Source: a virus | Taxonomy: Duplodnaviria > Caudoviricetes | Length of the DNA: 29,668 nt | Reading direction: 5' to 3' (one strand) | Virus record (IMG/VR): IMGVR_UViG_3300025120_000343 | Location: 1 to 29,668 of that record | Shown here: piece after piece, positions 28,983 through 29,668 of the stretch | Position numbering within the stretch: the stretch's first letter is position 1 | How the letters are laid out: every line of letters starts with the position of its first letter | Program-made: the position numbers and the translations under genes | The notes under the pieces: generated by a model | Told to the model about the DNA's origin: nothing | Seen by the model: the letters and a program-made list of their open reading frames with translations, nothing else | Database searches by the model: none

Positions 28983-29582
28983 TTATACGTATCTTGCTTG
29001 AGTTAAACCTAATTTATCTGCTTGTACATAATGAGCTTTACATATTATTGATATGTTTGAACCATATGCACTTAAATCACCAGGGCCTCCTGATTTATTA
29101 ATTGTATTAACATTATTTGGATAATCAGGATTTTTACCTACGAAATATTGATTAGCAATTGTTTCATGTACTTCATAATACCCTTCATTATACATGATAA
29201 TATCTCCTACTTGAGGAACTAAATCTGCTCCATAACCTGTTCCTGGTAGTCCTGTATAGCTATTACCTTTATTATCAAATTTATTAAAGTCTTGATTTTT
29301 ATCTAATAAATCATCTCTTAAGAAACTAAATTGTACTTCTTTATCATAATCTGTACCTAAATCTGTTTCTGGGTATATATTATCCGTTCTTTCTACTAAA
29401 ACATTAAGTAAAACAGGACCCATATAGAATTTTTCTTCAGCAGCTTCTCCATATAAATTAATTTTAGTTTCTTCTAATTTATATTTGTAATACGCACACT
29501 GTTCGGTGATAATGTCAGCCATTAACTCCCTACTCATATGTCTAAAAAGACTTACGTCTCTTTGTGTGCCAAATAATGCCAT
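28983..29582 (-). CDS. Neck / head-closure protein (T4 gp14-like), 199 aa
   Basis: INLYGEA, FSFLRDDL and PQVGDIIMYNEGYYEV; located between gp13-like and gp15-like genes. Confidence 0.65.
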   Translation of the reverse strand: MALFGTQRDVSLFRHMSRELMADIITEQCAYYKYKLEETKINLYGEAAEEKFYMGPVLLNVLVERTDNIYPETDLGTDYDKEVQFSFLRDDLLDKNQDFNKFDNKGNSYTGLPGTGYGADLVPQVGDIIMYNEGYYEVHETIANQYFVGKNPDYPNNVNTINKSGGPGDLSAYGSNISIICKAHYVQADKLGLTQARYV

Positions 29583-29583
29583 A

Positions 29584-29668
29584 TTAACCTATATATATTA
29601 CACGAGGAACTCTGTCTAATTCTTCCATTACGAAGTTAGATTCCATTGTTCTTCTTTCTAATAACTTT
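29584..29668 (-). CDS. C-terminal end of neck / head-tail adaptor protein (T4 gp13-like), partial
   Basis: My translation: KLLERRTMESNFVMEELDRVPRVIYIG*. The terminal P...IG and the synteny fit gp13-like proteins; the stop is 1 nt from the next ATG. Confidence 0.55.
   Translation of the reverse strand, partial: KLLERRTMESNFVMEELDRVPRVIYIG

Overview
AT-rich fragment of a large contractile-tailed (myovirus-type) bacteriophage genome with every credible gene on the minus strand. In transcription order (right to left): neck/head-completion genes (T4 gp13-, gp14-, gp15-like); a 3223-aa Gly-X-X (GSS/GTA/GTS/GSN) repeat fibre with interspersed globular domains; a GAMT/RMT2-like SAM methyltransferase; two small proteins; tail sheath with a ~445-aa insertion; tail tube; a tail-assembly chaperone pair apparently joined by a +1/-2 frameshift; tape measure; baseplate genes; a DUF5675-like protein. 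A replication module follows: a very short family-A DNA polymerase, a hypothetical protein and a gp32-like SSB. Two promoter-like motif classes separate structural genes (ATAT[T/G]TAT) from replication genes (T[T/A]GG-N16-TCGTATATT). The promoter spacing and the absence of Shine-Dalgarno sequences suggest a Bacteroidota host (inference). The most unusual items are the nearly proline-free giant collagen-like fibre with its adjacent methyltransferase, the apparently nested sheath insertion, the chaperone frameshift and the thumb-less polymerase. All family assignments come from motif recognition by eye; no database search was run.
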